64,000 nt of DNA from assembly GCA_016748015.1 (NCBI GenBank), contig JAAOMT010000227.1, positions 56,169 through 120,168 on the forward strand, given 5' to 3'. Of the stretch, positions 1 through 13,102 are shown one piece after another. The notes below the pieces were generated by a model. It did not search any database and was not told the origin of the DNA. It saw only the letters and a list, made by a program, of their open reading frames with translations. The stretch's first letter is position 1; each line of letters starts with the position of its first letter. The position numbers were made by a program, and so were the translations under genes. Source of the DNA: Geosiphon pyriformis uo1. Lineage: Eukaryota; Fungi; Glomeromycota.

Positions 1-813
1 AAAAGCCACCCCAGATCAAACAGCAGTCTCAATAGCCAATTTTATTTATGAAGATATCATTTATTGTCATGGCTGCTCCAAAGAACTATTATCTGATAGA
101 GGAAGAACTTTTCTCAGTACACTGGTTGAAGAACTTTGTAGAAAAATGGAAATATGTCACAAACTTTCCTCTCCTTATTACTCCCAAACAAATGGCCTAG
201 TAGAACGTTTCAATAGAACATTATGTGAAACCTTAGCCAAAACAAATGAAGAAACAAACTTATGGGACAAAGTACTGCTTTTAGCTTTGTTTGCTTATAG
301 AACTGTGAATCATAACATAATAAGTATGAACCCTTTTATCTGCTCTATGGATGAATAGCAACACTATTAATAGAAACTGACATTGAGACAATACCCTTTA
401 AAGAAATCACAATAGGGAATTACAAAGACATTTTGCAAAGAAAACTTGGTATCATTTTTGACTCATTGGTAAAAGCATGAATAATTGCTTTTAAAAAGAT
501 AAAACAGTTTCAAAAAAAGCTTAAAAAGAAAAAAACCTATAAAACACTTTCTTTAAGTATTGGTAACTTGGTATTAGAATACTGTTCAGACAGAAACAAT
601 ATCTATGGTGATAAATTTTCTAGCCAGTGGAAAAGACTCTTTATAGTCAACAAAGTTTTGAACAATGGTTCTTATATTCTTCAAGATCAATCCAGAACAA
701 TCCTCAATAATTGTTCTGTTCATGGCACATGACTCTAGAAATATCACAAACGACCTGATTGGTTGTCTGTTGTAGTAATACCGGCTCAAATGATCAACAA
801 AAATCAAGTATAA
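1..813 (+). pseudogene. Gypsy integrase (rve core C-half + GPY/F-like tail), degenerate
   Basis: SDRG and NGLVERFNRTL motifs, FAYRT; in-frame stops and a frameshift; no chromodomain apparent. Confidence 0.9.
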
Positions 814-854
814 ATAAATGCACCATTCCCAAAACAGAAGTATCTTCAATCGAC

Positions 855-1526
855 ATGAACAATTATTTTTTGGATCAAAACATTCAAAATGCTTTCAATA
901 CTCTCCATGAGTATTGGATCAAAAACTATCTAAATGCTACTCTGACTATTGAAAAACAGACCACTATAACTGACAACAGTGGAATATATACTGTTATCAG
1001 ACCAAAGAAAACTACTACCAGAAGAGAAAAAATTGGTAGCAAAATAGATAAGTATCTGTTAGAAAGTATAATAGTGGCAATACTTTTACCTTTCAGCACA
1101 AATGAAAAAACAATTCAAGAAATCTTATCCATAGACAAAAACTTGTCATATGGAAGACAATTAAAACTCTATGGTTGCCTTGGTGAAATCATAGAGGATA
1201 TAAAACTTATGAAGAAAACAATTTCAAAAATACAAGCAAAAATTTTGGGCATTATACAGTTAGATGTCTCAAGAGTTTTAACTATTGCTAAAAGAGCCAA
1301 AACTCTAATACAAAGATTTGGTCTCTTGAATACAAAACTTATTTTGTCTCAAGTATTATATACCTTATTGACAAAAGACTTCAACAAACTAGTTAACTTT
1401 GAGTTAGATAAAACTCTTCCAATAGATTACACCATAAATAGCTTAATTTTGCTGAAGCTCAATCTTTTTGAAGAAGATAATATACAATTGAAACCTATAC
1501 TTCTTATTAATTATTACATGTATTAG
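855..1526 (+). CDS. Extra 3' ORF (ORF3) of family A, ~223 aa, Lys/Ile-rich, function unknown
   Basis: Open frame from ATG 855 (MNNYFLDQ...) between the pol stop and the LTR, reading through the PPT into the LTR; homolog at 42491-43146 (-). Confidence 0.7.
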   Translation: MNNYFLDQNIQNAFNTLHEYWIKNYLNATLTIEKQTTITDNSGIYTVIRPKKTTTRREKIGSKIDKYLLESIIVAILLPFSTNEKTIQEILSIDKNLSYGRQLKLYGCLGEIIEDIKLMKKTISKIQAKILGIIQLDVSRVLTIAKRAKTLIQRFGLLNTKLILSQVLYTLLTKDFNKLVNFELDKTLPIDYTINSLILLKLNLFEEDNIQLKPILLINYYMY

Positions 1527-2132
1527 CCACTAATGTCATATGATTAGCCACACTATTTTTAAAAAGTAATCATTGACCTAGTTATTGATCTGATTATTGA
1601 CCACTTTTAATAGCTATATAAGTGATGAATCTCTTAGCTGTAGAAAAACATGTAATAACAAGCATCTGAATAATCAAGAATAAATAAAATAACAACTTTC
1701 ATCTCAATCCTTCTCTTATTGCTAATTTCCCTTTCTCTACCTTCAAGTATCTAAACATCTTAAAGATAAAAAATTACTTGTTGGCCTTTTCCTGATGTAT
1801 ATAATTATAGCATTTGAAGATTATTTGAATAAACATGACTAAAAAGCACAAGTTGATACCTGATATTGAATTCTAAGAGTGCCGACATAAGGCATAGAAT
1901 TATACCAGTGGTGATCAATTGTTGACAGTACAGACTATTCCTCTACCTTCAAATTCCCCAGTTACCTTTAAAAAGAATAGCGACTGAGATATTTTATGAG
2001 ACTGATCTTGCATATTAAATTCATACTCATTCAATTCACTCTTTAAAGTTGAATTCCCTTTTGATTATTTCTATTACCCTACAATTCTGTTCTTTTTTGC
2101 TATCCATTAACTTGTTACTTCAACCCATAACA
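1481..2132 (+). repeat. Family A 3' LTR
   Basis: Follows purine tract gaagaagataa (1470-1480); ends TTCAACCCATAACA; matches rc of 41854-42521; TATA-like ctatataag ~1614 and AATAAA ~1682. Confidence 0.9.
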
Positions 2133-5100
2133 ATATAATTTGTAAGATAATAATTCATTTGGCAAGTGAAATATTCAAAAAAAATGGGTTAAGAACTTTA
2201 ATGATGTCTTCATTAAAAATTTTTCGAGATTCCATAAACTGGAATTCTTGATTTTGAAAATTGTTAAGGCTTTTTGTAAGGAGAGTAATATCAGTTTTAT
2301 TTTTTTTATGAGGTAATAGGTTTCTTTGAACAATATTAAGGCCTTAATTGTTTAGGATTTTATGGACTCTGATGTGAGCTCTGATTGTGTTCTTTTTGCT
2401 CTTTTTTATGCAAGAAAATCTTACCATGCTTCCAAGCTTGCTGAGTTTCTAAGGGCTAATAAAGTGAACATCAGGTCAGCTATAGACAAAAAGATGGAAA
2501 GTTTTGAAATGAATAAAGATCATATTATTAAGAGTGTGCTGAAGCATTCTTTCTATAAAGTGGTGCTAGATTACTTAGTTGTCAATAATGAGTTGATTCT
2601 GGAGCCTGAAATAGTTAAGTCTAAAATAGATACTATTATGGAGAATTGGACTAGGAAGTGCCAAGTGATGGCTATTGTTCCTAATAATTAGTATCATCAG
2701 TATCAACCTTTGGAGCATGTTTTTAATGGAGCTTTTTCTGGTGTGATGTGTTTAGTGGAATTTGATGAATTGTTTAGTGTGGTTTTTGACCTGTCTAATG
2801 GCAAAACTGTTGGTCTCTTGGATGTTTCAAATGAGCTTTGGAAGTATTATGACAAGTCAGTCTTAAACATGCTTTTGGTGCTTTTGAACTCTTGTTTATC
2901 TAATAAATCAGTACTTGGGTCTTGAAAAAAGGCTTAAGTATTGATAATTCCCAAACCATATGAGTGAAAAAGTGTTTTTACAAATACTTGTCTCATTGCT
3001 TTGATTGAGACAGCTTGCAAAATTTTTTCTAAGATTTTTTCTAATAGAATTTCTTTGGCATACAGCATTTTTGATGTTCTTCATGGTAACAATTTTTTGG
3101 TTTTAAAGGGTACAACAACCCAATTTCCTATTTTTGCAATTGGGTCCATAGTTGAGGATGCTTTGGAGAAGAATCGAGAGCTATGGCTAGTTTTACAAAA
3201 TATGCAGAAAGCATATGACTTAGTTGGATAAGAGCATCTTAAGAAGAGCTTAGTCAGAATTAAAATGTATGATAAATTTATTAGGTTTTTTGGTAGTATT
3301 CATAGGAATTGTACCAATTGGATTATAACTGATTTTGGACTTACTATTGATTACTATGTGCATAATGGTTTGGACCAAGAAAAGATTTTCTTCTCTCTTT
3401 TGTAGTGTATATTTTATAATCCCTTGTTATATAAAGTCAAGCATCAAGAGAATGTGTATAGGTATAGACTAAATTCTTATTTTATCACCAAAAATGGTTA
3501 TGTTGAATCTAGAGCTGGTTTTTCTTCTTTTTTTGTTGCTAGTACTTTTGTTGATAATATGATTTGGGTTGGTAACAGTTGGAATACTACTCAATATATT
3601 TTCAATATTACCAGTAAATTTTTTTGGATTAATAACATCTCTATTAATAATAACAAAACAGTGGCCATTTTTATCAATAGCAGAGTTAACAAACTTTCTC
3701 TTTACATTAGTGGAATGCTCATCTCTATTGCCAAAAAAGGGAAATTTTACAGATATCTGGGTATTTTTCTATTTACTAAGAGTCTTTCAAAGCCTAGCTT
3801 GGCTAAAGCACATTTAAACATTTGCTTTTTTACCAATCTGGTTTTAAGGAAAGCTGTCTTTGATAAGCAGTTCTTGTATTTAGTATTAACTGTTTTATAT
3901 TCTATTGTTAACTATAAGACACAGTTTAGCTTTGTTCTTGTTGGTGTGTACAACAAGTAGGATGCTCTGATTTGTAAAGACTTGAAGCTTAAGACTGGTC
4001 TATCTTTTGATTTTCTTGGTAATACAATTCATCACTCTTTCTTTTATGGTTTGAAGTCTTTCATTCAAGTCCAGTCTGAGAGTAAAATGGCCTTCCTTAT
4101 CAGTTTTGTGAACTTTAATGAGATTTTAGATTACTTATTTTCTCACAGGTCTTATAACCTCTAAGTTCTGTATTGGCACCTTATTCATTCTTTGAGTTTT
4201 TCTGTTTGTATTCAAGTCAGTTTTTCAAACAACTTTTTGGCAGACATGGTTTGTATTTTTTTTAAGTGCAAGCTGTTCCTGGATGGCTCTTTAGCCAATT
4301 CTTTTTTGTTTTCTGGTAGGGTGCTTATGTTTGCAGTTCTTGGTAAGTCAAAATTTTCCAAGTTTCTTCCTTCACTCCAAAGATATGGCATTGTCTTTGT
4401 GGATTAGTTTTGTGATCATCATGGTGCTGTGTTTAATTAATACACTTTTAAGCAGTGAAAGAAATTGGACCCTTGTGGTCTTATTTCTGATTAATTTAAA
4501 TTGTCTGCTGTGTTTCTCAATGATGCATTGTCTTCTTCTTCTTGTCTCTCTGATTTGGATAGTGTTGGTCCTTTGAGCATTCTTAAATCTCATAATTTTG
4601 TGTTAGTTTGTGACCACCTTTTTAGAATTGTTATTGGTAGTTTATCTGTATACATAGATGGGTCTCTAAAGAATCTGGACACAGTTACCAAAAGGGCTGG
4701 TGCTGCAGCTTTCTTTAAGGATATTGATTTGGGTTTGGGGTTAGTGTGTTGGATTTGATGTCATCTACTTTGGCAGAAATACAGACTATTGTATTAGCTC
4801 TGAAGTGTGTTCCCTCTTCTAGTTTTGTTTGTATATTTTCAGATAGCCAATCTGTCTTAGATGTTTATAAGTCAAAATTAGGTCTGTTGGGTCCTGATTT
4901 TTGTAATCAGTGTTGGGTTAAGCATTGACATATTGTAAACATCATTTGTGATAAGAATTTGAATATCAGCTGGCACAAAGTAAAAAGTCATTCTGGTGTC
5001 TTGGAGAATGAGCATACCAATGTGTTAGCTAGTACTGCTTTTTTTTCTGGTTGGTACTTTTTTTTTTGTTTGGATCAATACTTTATAGTGGCTGATAGCA

Positions 5101-6072
5101 TTGTTGTTTTTGGCAATTTTAGATACTTTGTTTGTAATATTTATCATTCTATTTGTCATGCATATTAGAAGGTTGGTTCTGGTTCTAAGTTTTTGGCAGA
5201 TAGTATGCTTTCAGATGTTAATTGGCTTAGTTTTTCTTTGGTATGGCATTCCAATTTGCACATGGCCACTGGTTTTACCAATAGGCCTTTGGCTAGTACA
5301 CATGCTTATTTTATGAAAGCTTTGCATCATCAGCTGTCTGTGGCTGTTTGGAAACATCTTTATGATAGAAGTTACTCCAATGTGTTGTGTCTATATTGTG
5401 GTGGTGTGGAGATTTCGAATCATATTTTCTCTTGTGAAGTAAATGTTTTTGTTCATTGCTATATATTGGACTTCTATGTGGCTTCCTGGAGAGTGCTTTC
5501 CAGTCTCTCTTGTTCTTTTTCTAGTGTGCTACAACTGTTGTTATCTTGTGCTTCTAATTCATCTGTGTCTACAGCTTTCTATAAAAATTTTGTTTTTAAT
5601 GGTTGGCTTAATGAGGCTGTTTCCATCTTCTGCAATCCCAATGTTGCTAGTTTGGAAATTGTCAAATTTGTGTATTCTTTTGGTCTTGCTTTTAGAAATG
5701 ACATCTAGTTGGTTCATGTTAAACATTATGTCTATATGGAAAAGAACAGACTAATTCCTTTAAATGATTCAGCTCTTATCTTAGTGTCTGGCCTGGCTTT
5801 GAAATTTTCTACTGGTGTGGTCAAATTGCTTGGCATTACTGAGACTTTCAGCATACATTTTGGTTTTCACAAATCTTGTGTATTTTTTTTGGGTGTTAGT
5901 AACTTAGTCTCTGTTTATATAACTGCATAGTGTTGTTCTGATTGGTCTAAGTGGTTGGTTATGTGTAGAAAATGCATAATTTATGCTTAGTTTAGATCAT
6001 TTCTTTGATGTATAGTACTTGGTAATATTTAGATTTCACTTGTAAAATAAAATAAAATAAAATAAAAAAAAG
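2133..6072 (+). mobile_element. LINE-type retrotransposon, ORF2 3' portion (RT, RNase H, C-terminal CCHC), 3' UTR and poly(A); interrupted at its 5' side by A1
   Basis: QNMQKAYDLV, STFVDN (AFVDD in other copies), YIDGS, KVKSHSG..ENEHTN, CLYCGGVEISNHIFSC; stop at 5930; A-rich tail ~6044-6072. Confidence 0.92.
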
Positions 6073-6099
6073 TAAGGCTTTTTTATACTTTTAATTAAA

Positions 6100-6806
6100 T
6101 ACTTTAAAACTAAAAAGATAAATACAAATAAAATAATAGTTTTTTTATTTTTATATTTTATTGTTTTAAGATCTAAATAATTAAATCTAAAAGTTTTTAT
6201 TAAAAAATTTTATTTTAGATATTAATTTATTAATAATTATTAAAAAAATATTTTTATAATAAATAATTTTAAAAGACTATTATTTTTTTAAAAATTTATA
6301 TTTATCTTTAAAAATTTGCAAAAAATTATAACATTAATTAAAAATAAAAAAATCTAAATAAACAATAATCTTAAAAAACAAATTATATATTTAAATTAAA
6401 TTATAATTTTCAAAAAAATTTTCATAAATATTTTTAAAAAAGTAATTATTTTGGTTTTTATTTAAATTTAATAAGATTATATTAATTTAATTACAACTAA
6501 CTAAACTATAAAAAAAACTATAATAAAATTTGTTAAATTTAATTAGATTAATTTATTGACTTTAAAATAATTTTTTTAATTAATAAAAATTTTATATAAA
6601 AATTTCTATGTACTACTTTCTTTAAAATTCTGTTTTCTAATCTTAATTTGTAAGCTCTATTGTTTAAAACTTTGTATATATAGAAGAGTCTATCTTATTT
6701 TGGGTTAAACTTTCCACTTTATTGTTTCTTAGCTTTTATATAATATAATAGTACTTAATTTCCAATTTTGAATTTAATTGGTTAGTTAGATAAACAATTA
6801 TTATGT
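6100..6806 (+). mobile_element. Highly decayed LINE ORF1 remnant
   Basis: Transition-eroded match to the KSFALDI...KKIFY...GFGG region and pre-knuckle region of ORF1 at 30700-31430. Confidence 0.55.
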
Positions 6807-8915
6807 TGTTATAAGTAATTATTTGAAGTGTTAAAACAAATAACAAATCTGTAACTTAGTACTCAATAGTTGTTAATAATAGTGATTTCTGAAAGTTTTT
6901 AAGTTTGAAAATTTTGATTGACTTTTTTATATAATAGACAAAGATTTAATTAATGATTTTTTTCCATGAATTTTTTTCTTCAACATAGTAGCCAGTTTAT
7001 TTTGGCAGTTGTGCTCTTCTGGTAAACTATTTTTAAGTTTTTTATTCTTATTTTTGGGTCTTTTATCAGACTATTTTTGATATTAAATATTTAGTGCTTA
7101 ATTTCTTAATTAATTAATAAACAACAAAGAAAATAAAATAAAAAAAACAAAAAAAAATGAGAAAATAAAAATAAAAAATTAATATTCTATTAATAATCAT
7201 AATTAAGAGCTATTAATCTAGTGTAATTAAGTATTGGTTTCTATTAATATAAAGAATTAATAATATAAAATTGATTAATATTTCTTAATTAAGTAATTAT
7301 AACATAAATTTAGGTAATAATAAATATTTTTATTAATATGAATATAATTTTACTTTAAGTAATAGAAAACTATTTTTTGAAGGAAGAGATATTAGATAAT
7401 TAATTGTTTCTAATTGAATTGTTTATATTTCTTGTTTTTAACATTCTCATTATATATATATAATTTATGTTATACAAGATTCTTTAAAATCTTTCAATTT
7501 TTTTAAAAAAAATTCTAGAATTTTGGAATCTTGTAATTTTTCAAGAAAAATCCTAAAATTCTGGAATTTTAAAATCCTGCAATTTTTTAAAAATTCTGAA
7601 ATTCCTCTTTTTATTATGCTTATTTCTGATTAGTTATTTTATCTATTTATTATAATTTCTAATTTTTTATGAGTAATATTATTCTTTTATTTTAATATTG
7701 AGCTTTGTTAAGATCTTCTAAATCTTTTTTTTGGATTAGTCTTATAACTTTTTTTTCAATAATTGTTTTTGTAATTCTGGTTTGCAATTCTTCAAATTGA
7801 ATATTGTTTAATTTTTTCAATTGATTAATAGTTATTGTACATATTTCTGAATATAGCAGTATTTCTGGCCAGTTCTAAAATCCCATCTGTAATCAACAAA
7901 TGGTTTTTGTATATGTAAGTAAATTGTTTTTTCTTATAACTTGTTTAATTTGTTGTATTATTGTTAAATTAAATATTTTTTTAATTTTATTTGTGTATAA
8001 GTTCTGAATGTTTAATTTTTGTTTTAACTAATAGTAACAAAAGTTTTTGGAAATTTGTTGCATCTATTAGTTCCAATTTTCTAAGACAAATTTTTTATTT
8101 GGTATTAATATTTTTAAAGTTTCTAATGTTTTTTTCACTTTTTCTATTATTTTGTTTACTGTATTTCTAAAAATATATTATTTGGGATATTGTTTTTTAT
8201 TTTAGAATCTTTGAGTTACTTTTTTGTCTTTATATTGTATTGTTTATTTGTTAATAATAACTTTAAAACTTGATTTTTAATATTAGATAAATTGTAAAAG
8301 TTATTGTACAAGTGAATAAATATTGTTAATAATTTTTATTTTTATTATTGCTTTTATTATGTGCATTGATTTTTTATATACTGTTCTGATTAAATAATTT
8401 AATATATTTGTTTTAATAATTATGATTGGTTTCAGATTTTGTGAAATCTTATCTGATTTAACTAATATTTGTTGTATTTTCAATTGTAAAATATTACTGG
8501 TAGATAATAATACTATATTGTGATATGGTTTTAGTTGATTATTATGTATTGTTTTGGCTAAAATTTTGTTGTTTTATCTTAACTTATATGTTTTATTTTT
8601 CAAAATTTTTTCAATATAAAATGAACTGTACTATTTGGGGTCAAATTTTCTACTTTATTGTTTTTTTATTTTGGTACAATATAAAAGTACTTTGTCTTTA
8701 ATCCTGAATTTAGCTGGTTTATTTGATAATTGGTTATTATGTTGTTCTTTTTGTTTTTTTTGTAACTTTTATATGTTATTAGCTGTTTTTTGCTTTTTGT
8801 TTTCTAGAGTTTTTATTAAGTCATATGTTCTTTTTAGCAATGTTTCTTAAAAGTTGATTTCTGTTATTGGTTTAGCTAAATATATATTAATTTTTATCTT
8901 AACTAGTAATGTTAC
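6807..8915 (-). mobile_element. Gypsy family B fragment B1: 3' LTR (6807-7678), PPT, ORF3 and integrase tail
   Basis: Collinear with 13103-15215; LTR termini tgttataag...gagtaata on + strand. Confidence 0.88.
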
Positions 8916-8944
8916 AGGATTTTTAGATTTCTTGTACAAAGAGC

Positions 8945-9190
8945 CATGAGAGTATATGCTCTCAATGCATGCTTTTTTTTACTATTAAACTGGGTCCCCA
9001 ACCCAAGCCAAAACAGAACTAGAACCACTAGCAGAGGAGCCTACCAGTTTTATTACAACAAAAGGAAGAAAGTTGGAAGAAATAATTAGAAAAAACCAAA
9101 AGAAAAAAGGAAAAAGACTAATTAAAACTTCGATAAAATTTTACTCTTGTCATAATTAAGAAATCGACAAAAGAAAAAAAAAACAATAAT
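8945..9190 (-). mobile_element. LINE 5' fragment (5' UTR + ORF1 N-terminus)
   Basis: rc reads ..LVGSSASGSSSVL.., matching MEPVGSSAGGSS at 30169. Confidence 0.7.
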
Positions 9191-9199
9191 TTTATAAAT

Positions 9200-12100
9200 T
9201 ATTATTTAGTATTTAATTAAAACTATTAATATTAAATTTTATAAAATCTTATTTAGTAATATTAATAATAATTATATTCTAATTTTAAGTATTTGTGTTA
9301 TTAATATTGGTTTACTATAATATAATTTTAGCTAATTACTATATACTGCTTTTTTTAATATTTTTTATCTAATTTTAATTTGTATAATTTATATATTAAA
9401 AAACTTTTTTTTTTATGTCCCAAATTCTTAAAAAATTACATTATTTTTAAAAGAAATATTTTTTGTTTTCTTTTATTTTTCATTATTTAGTTAGATATAT
9501 TTAAATTTTTTTTGTTCAAATATATAGAACTGTTAAATACAAATAGCAATTTAAATATAAAAAAACCAAAAAAATTTGGTTTAGCTTAATTACTATGAAC
9601 TTATTAGTTAAAAAAAATGTAAAAATAGAATACTAAAAAAATTTATTATAATTATTGGTATTAGTACTTTTAAGAATAACTTACTATTTAGAAGAACAAT
9701 TAATTTTAAGACTGAAAACACCACTAAAACAAAAAATATAAACATAAAAAAGAAAATTTTAATTAAAAAAATGAGTTTTTAACTTGAAAATAGTAATAAA
9801 TTTATCAAAAAAAATATTAATATTATTTCTAAAATGCCAAAAAAAATTGTAATAAAACAAATATTAAGAAAATTTTTGAATATAATTAATTTTAATAACA
9901 ATAATAATAGTAATAAGTAGTTGAACATGTTTTATTCTTTATTTTTCTGAGTTTAGTTGTCATTCTCAGTTTGTTCTAATTACATTTAGTTCTCAGGTTG
10001 ATTTGGATACTGCAATACTCAGAACTGATACACTAAAGAAATGCCATATCTAGTAAGAAACTCTTGATAATTGGTGCTGTTTTTAATGCTAAGGTTTAGA
10101 TTATTTGGCTTTGAATTGTAAGATGTCTTTACTTTTTTCTTCTAAGGCTCCTAAGGTGTTTACCTCTTATGATGTTGGTAACAAGTTTTATGTCAAAACT
10201 GCTATTCCTGTGCTTTTTTTAGTTTTTAGTACTTTGGTTGATTTAGCTTTTTCTACTAAAATTGCATCTGACAATTCTATAATTTTTTTTAGTTGACATT
10301 TTTGAAATTGGAGTTGGCCAAATTTGATTTGGTCAACTCTATTGTTAAGTCTGTTGGTTCTATGATAAAAGTGTTTAAACAATTCATTAATAAGGACTTG
10401 GTTTCAAGTAATGTTCTTGGTTTTAGAATTAATAAAGTCTTGATACATATGGGTTTTTTTAGTAAAACTGTTAATAAGTTGGAAAGAGAGATAGTTTCTT
10501 TAAAAAAAGAGTACTGTCTAGATAATATTAATATGTTTGGCAATTCAGAGTTTCTATTTGACATAGGTGATAATATATTCTCTAATTTAATGTTTTTTTG
10601 GACTTATAAGCCTATTCATATCAAAATTAATCACTTGAAAACGGCTGAATAGCTGGTTGAATTGGTTTCTAATAGTATTACTTTGTTTAATATTATTCAA
10701 AAAATATTATCTTTAAATAAGTTTTTTTTTGTTACATCAACATAGTATAGCCTAAACTGGTTCAAATAACTAATTATATGTAGAAAATATGTGAACTACA
10801 TTTAGCTCTAAAACACTTAGTTTGTTCTTAATTTCTAGATAATAGTTGAGTCATACTTATTAAACTCTAATAAAAAAAAACAAAAAAAAACAGTAATAAT
10901 AATGTTTTGAATAACTTTCTCTCTTTTTAATTCTTTTTTTATTAAAACTATTAGTAAATATTCTGGTTTTATAAATTTTTTGCTTTAAATATAAATTTAT
11001 TGACTGTTAATGAAAAGTTTTTTTAGGACAAATTAAAGATCATTAAAAATTTTTTTTTAATGTAAATAATTTTAAAAGAGTTTTTATTTTTTCAAAATTT
11101 AGTAAAATAATTTAGACATTTTTTATTTTTAAAAAAATAATGTTAATTATAGCAAATTTGACAAATAATTAAGATATTATAATAAATACCAATTTCAAAA
11201 AGCTGATAAATAATCATATAAATTAGACAATTATTATAAAAAAATTTTTATAAAAATATCTATAGAAACTATATAAATTATATTTACTGACTTTATTACT
11301 ATTAAGTTAATTAAAATATTATTAGTAAAAATATAACAAAAAATGATTATTAAATTAGATAATTAAAATTAAACTGATCTTTTAATTTCTAAATAATTTA
11401 TTTTTATTAGAAAAAATACAGTCTGTATAGCCAAAACTAATATTAATAAACAATTCTAAAATTCTAAAAATAAGTTTTAAGCTTTGTTTTATATATTTTT
11501 TATAAAAACAAATACTTATAATCTTTAAAATTTTATTGGTTTAATTGGTAAAAAAATTTGTGTAATTAATTACAATTTAGTTAATTATATTTATACTAGA
11601 TATACAACTGTATATTTTAATTTTAAAAAAAAAATTAACTAAAATATTGGCTATAGTTTTTGTTATAAAAAGTATTAGTTTTTATTAGTCTTATTTGTTT
11701 TTGGCTTTTTGTTTAGTTTGTAATAAATTTGGTTATATTTCTTTTGAATACAGTTTAATTAATAATAAATTAACATTAAAAAAAAGAAAGACTTTTTTTT
11801 TAGTTTTAAATTAGTTTAAGTTGGCTTAAATTTATGCAAAAAAATCTGTTTTTATTGTCTGTTTAATAATTTTTAATGGTAAATTTTGGACATTTATTGT
11901 TGACAAAACTTTTTTTAAATGTTTTCTGGTGTTTTTTTTTAGTTTAGTTTTTTAAATAAAATAAAATTTTTTTTAATAGTTATTAGTAATTTAGATTTAA
12001 TTTTAACAAAATTGAAAAAAGTCTTATAAGTCTTATAAAACAAATTAGTAAATTGGTTAAAAATTTAAATATATTTGTATTAATAGTTTTCTAATTTAAC

Positions 12101-12690
12101 TTTGGATGTTAACTACTAATAATCTTTTTATAATAGAATTAAATAGATAATATAATAATATAAAAAAATTTAAATATATTTTCTAATAATAAAACTGCTA
12201 TAAAACTAAGTTTTTTAACATTTTTAAATAAGATTAAATTGAAAACTTAATTAAAAATTTGTTTACAAAGTTTAATAATCTTACTTTGACTTAAAATAAA
12301 GTTTTTTTTTAATATTTTAATAACTAATTTTATTTAAAAACTGTTATATGTAATATAAAAAATATAAATAATTTTGCTAAACAAAAAGATATTATTTATT
12401 GGCATAAAAAAATATATAATTTAATTTTTATTATTATTAAGATTAAATTAAAAAATAAAGTATATTTATAAATATTTGACAAATTTAAAGATATTTAAGT
12501 CTTTATTTCTAGTTTAAATTTTAATTATTTAGATTTTAGTATTATAGTTATTATAAATAACATGTTAATTAGATATGTATATAAAGTTACTAAAGTTGCT
12601 AATTAATTTTTATTTATTAAGTTATTTTTTAAAAATAAGCTTTTGGTTTTAATTTTAGAATTATATACTAATATTACTTTAGTAATATGT
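9200..12690 (+). mobile_element. Decayed LINE (ORF1 + start of APE domain) interrupted by the 9917-10888 insertion
   Basis: Collinear with rc of 27500-29700 apart from transitions; resumes exactly after the insertion's TSD. Confidence 0.8.
9917..10888 (+). mobile_element. 5'-truncated non-autonomous ORF1-only (HAL1-like) retroposon
   Basis: ORF1-like RRM end and decayed CCHC knuckle, coiled-coil-like C-terminus ending TAG at 10745, LINE-like 3' UTR, poly(A), TSD aatagtaataa (9906-9916) / aacagtaataa (10889-10899). Confidence 0.72.
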
Positions 12691-13102
12691 TTGATTAATA
12701 CATAATACAAACAGAAACTTAATAAAAATATCAAACAAAACTATTATTAGATATTTAAATACATAAGTTAAGGATTAAATACCAACTATTATTTCAGATT
12801 TTTTACAACTTTGTAAATATATGGATATTATATTACAGACTATTTATAAACAAAAAAAATATTATTTACTACAACCAGAACAATTAGAACAAATAAACTT
12901 GGGAAACTTAAACTTATTTTAATAGATGTAAATCAAGTTGCTACTTAACAATTTTATTGACATTTTTGCAAGTGAAAACAAATTTGGCAGAACTGACATT
13001 ATCTAACACCAAATTAAAACTAAAGATATAATGCTAATTAAACAAAGAACATACTAAGTACCACTTATTAGTCATAAAATAATTTATTAAGAAATCAACT
13101 AT
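12690..13102 (+). mobile_element. Family B internal fragment (region just upstream of and at the start of RT)
   Basis: Matches 50960-51372 (e.g. gacatttttgcaagtgaaaacaaatttggcagaactgacattatc). Confidence 0.8.

Larger units (their letters stand above)
1..2132 (+). mobile_element. Ty3/Gypsy family A copy A1, 3' part (integrase, extra ORF, 3' LTR); runs off the window start
   Basis: Integrase core (ELLSDRG, SPYYSQTNGLVERFNRTL), then an extra ORF and an LTR; collinear with the reverse complement of 41854-44000. Confidence 0.92.

Noticed and set aside
690-813. Chromodomain at the integrase C-terminus
   Set aside because: Pol ends shortly after the GPY/F-like region in both families, with no aromatic-cage chromodomain pattern visible
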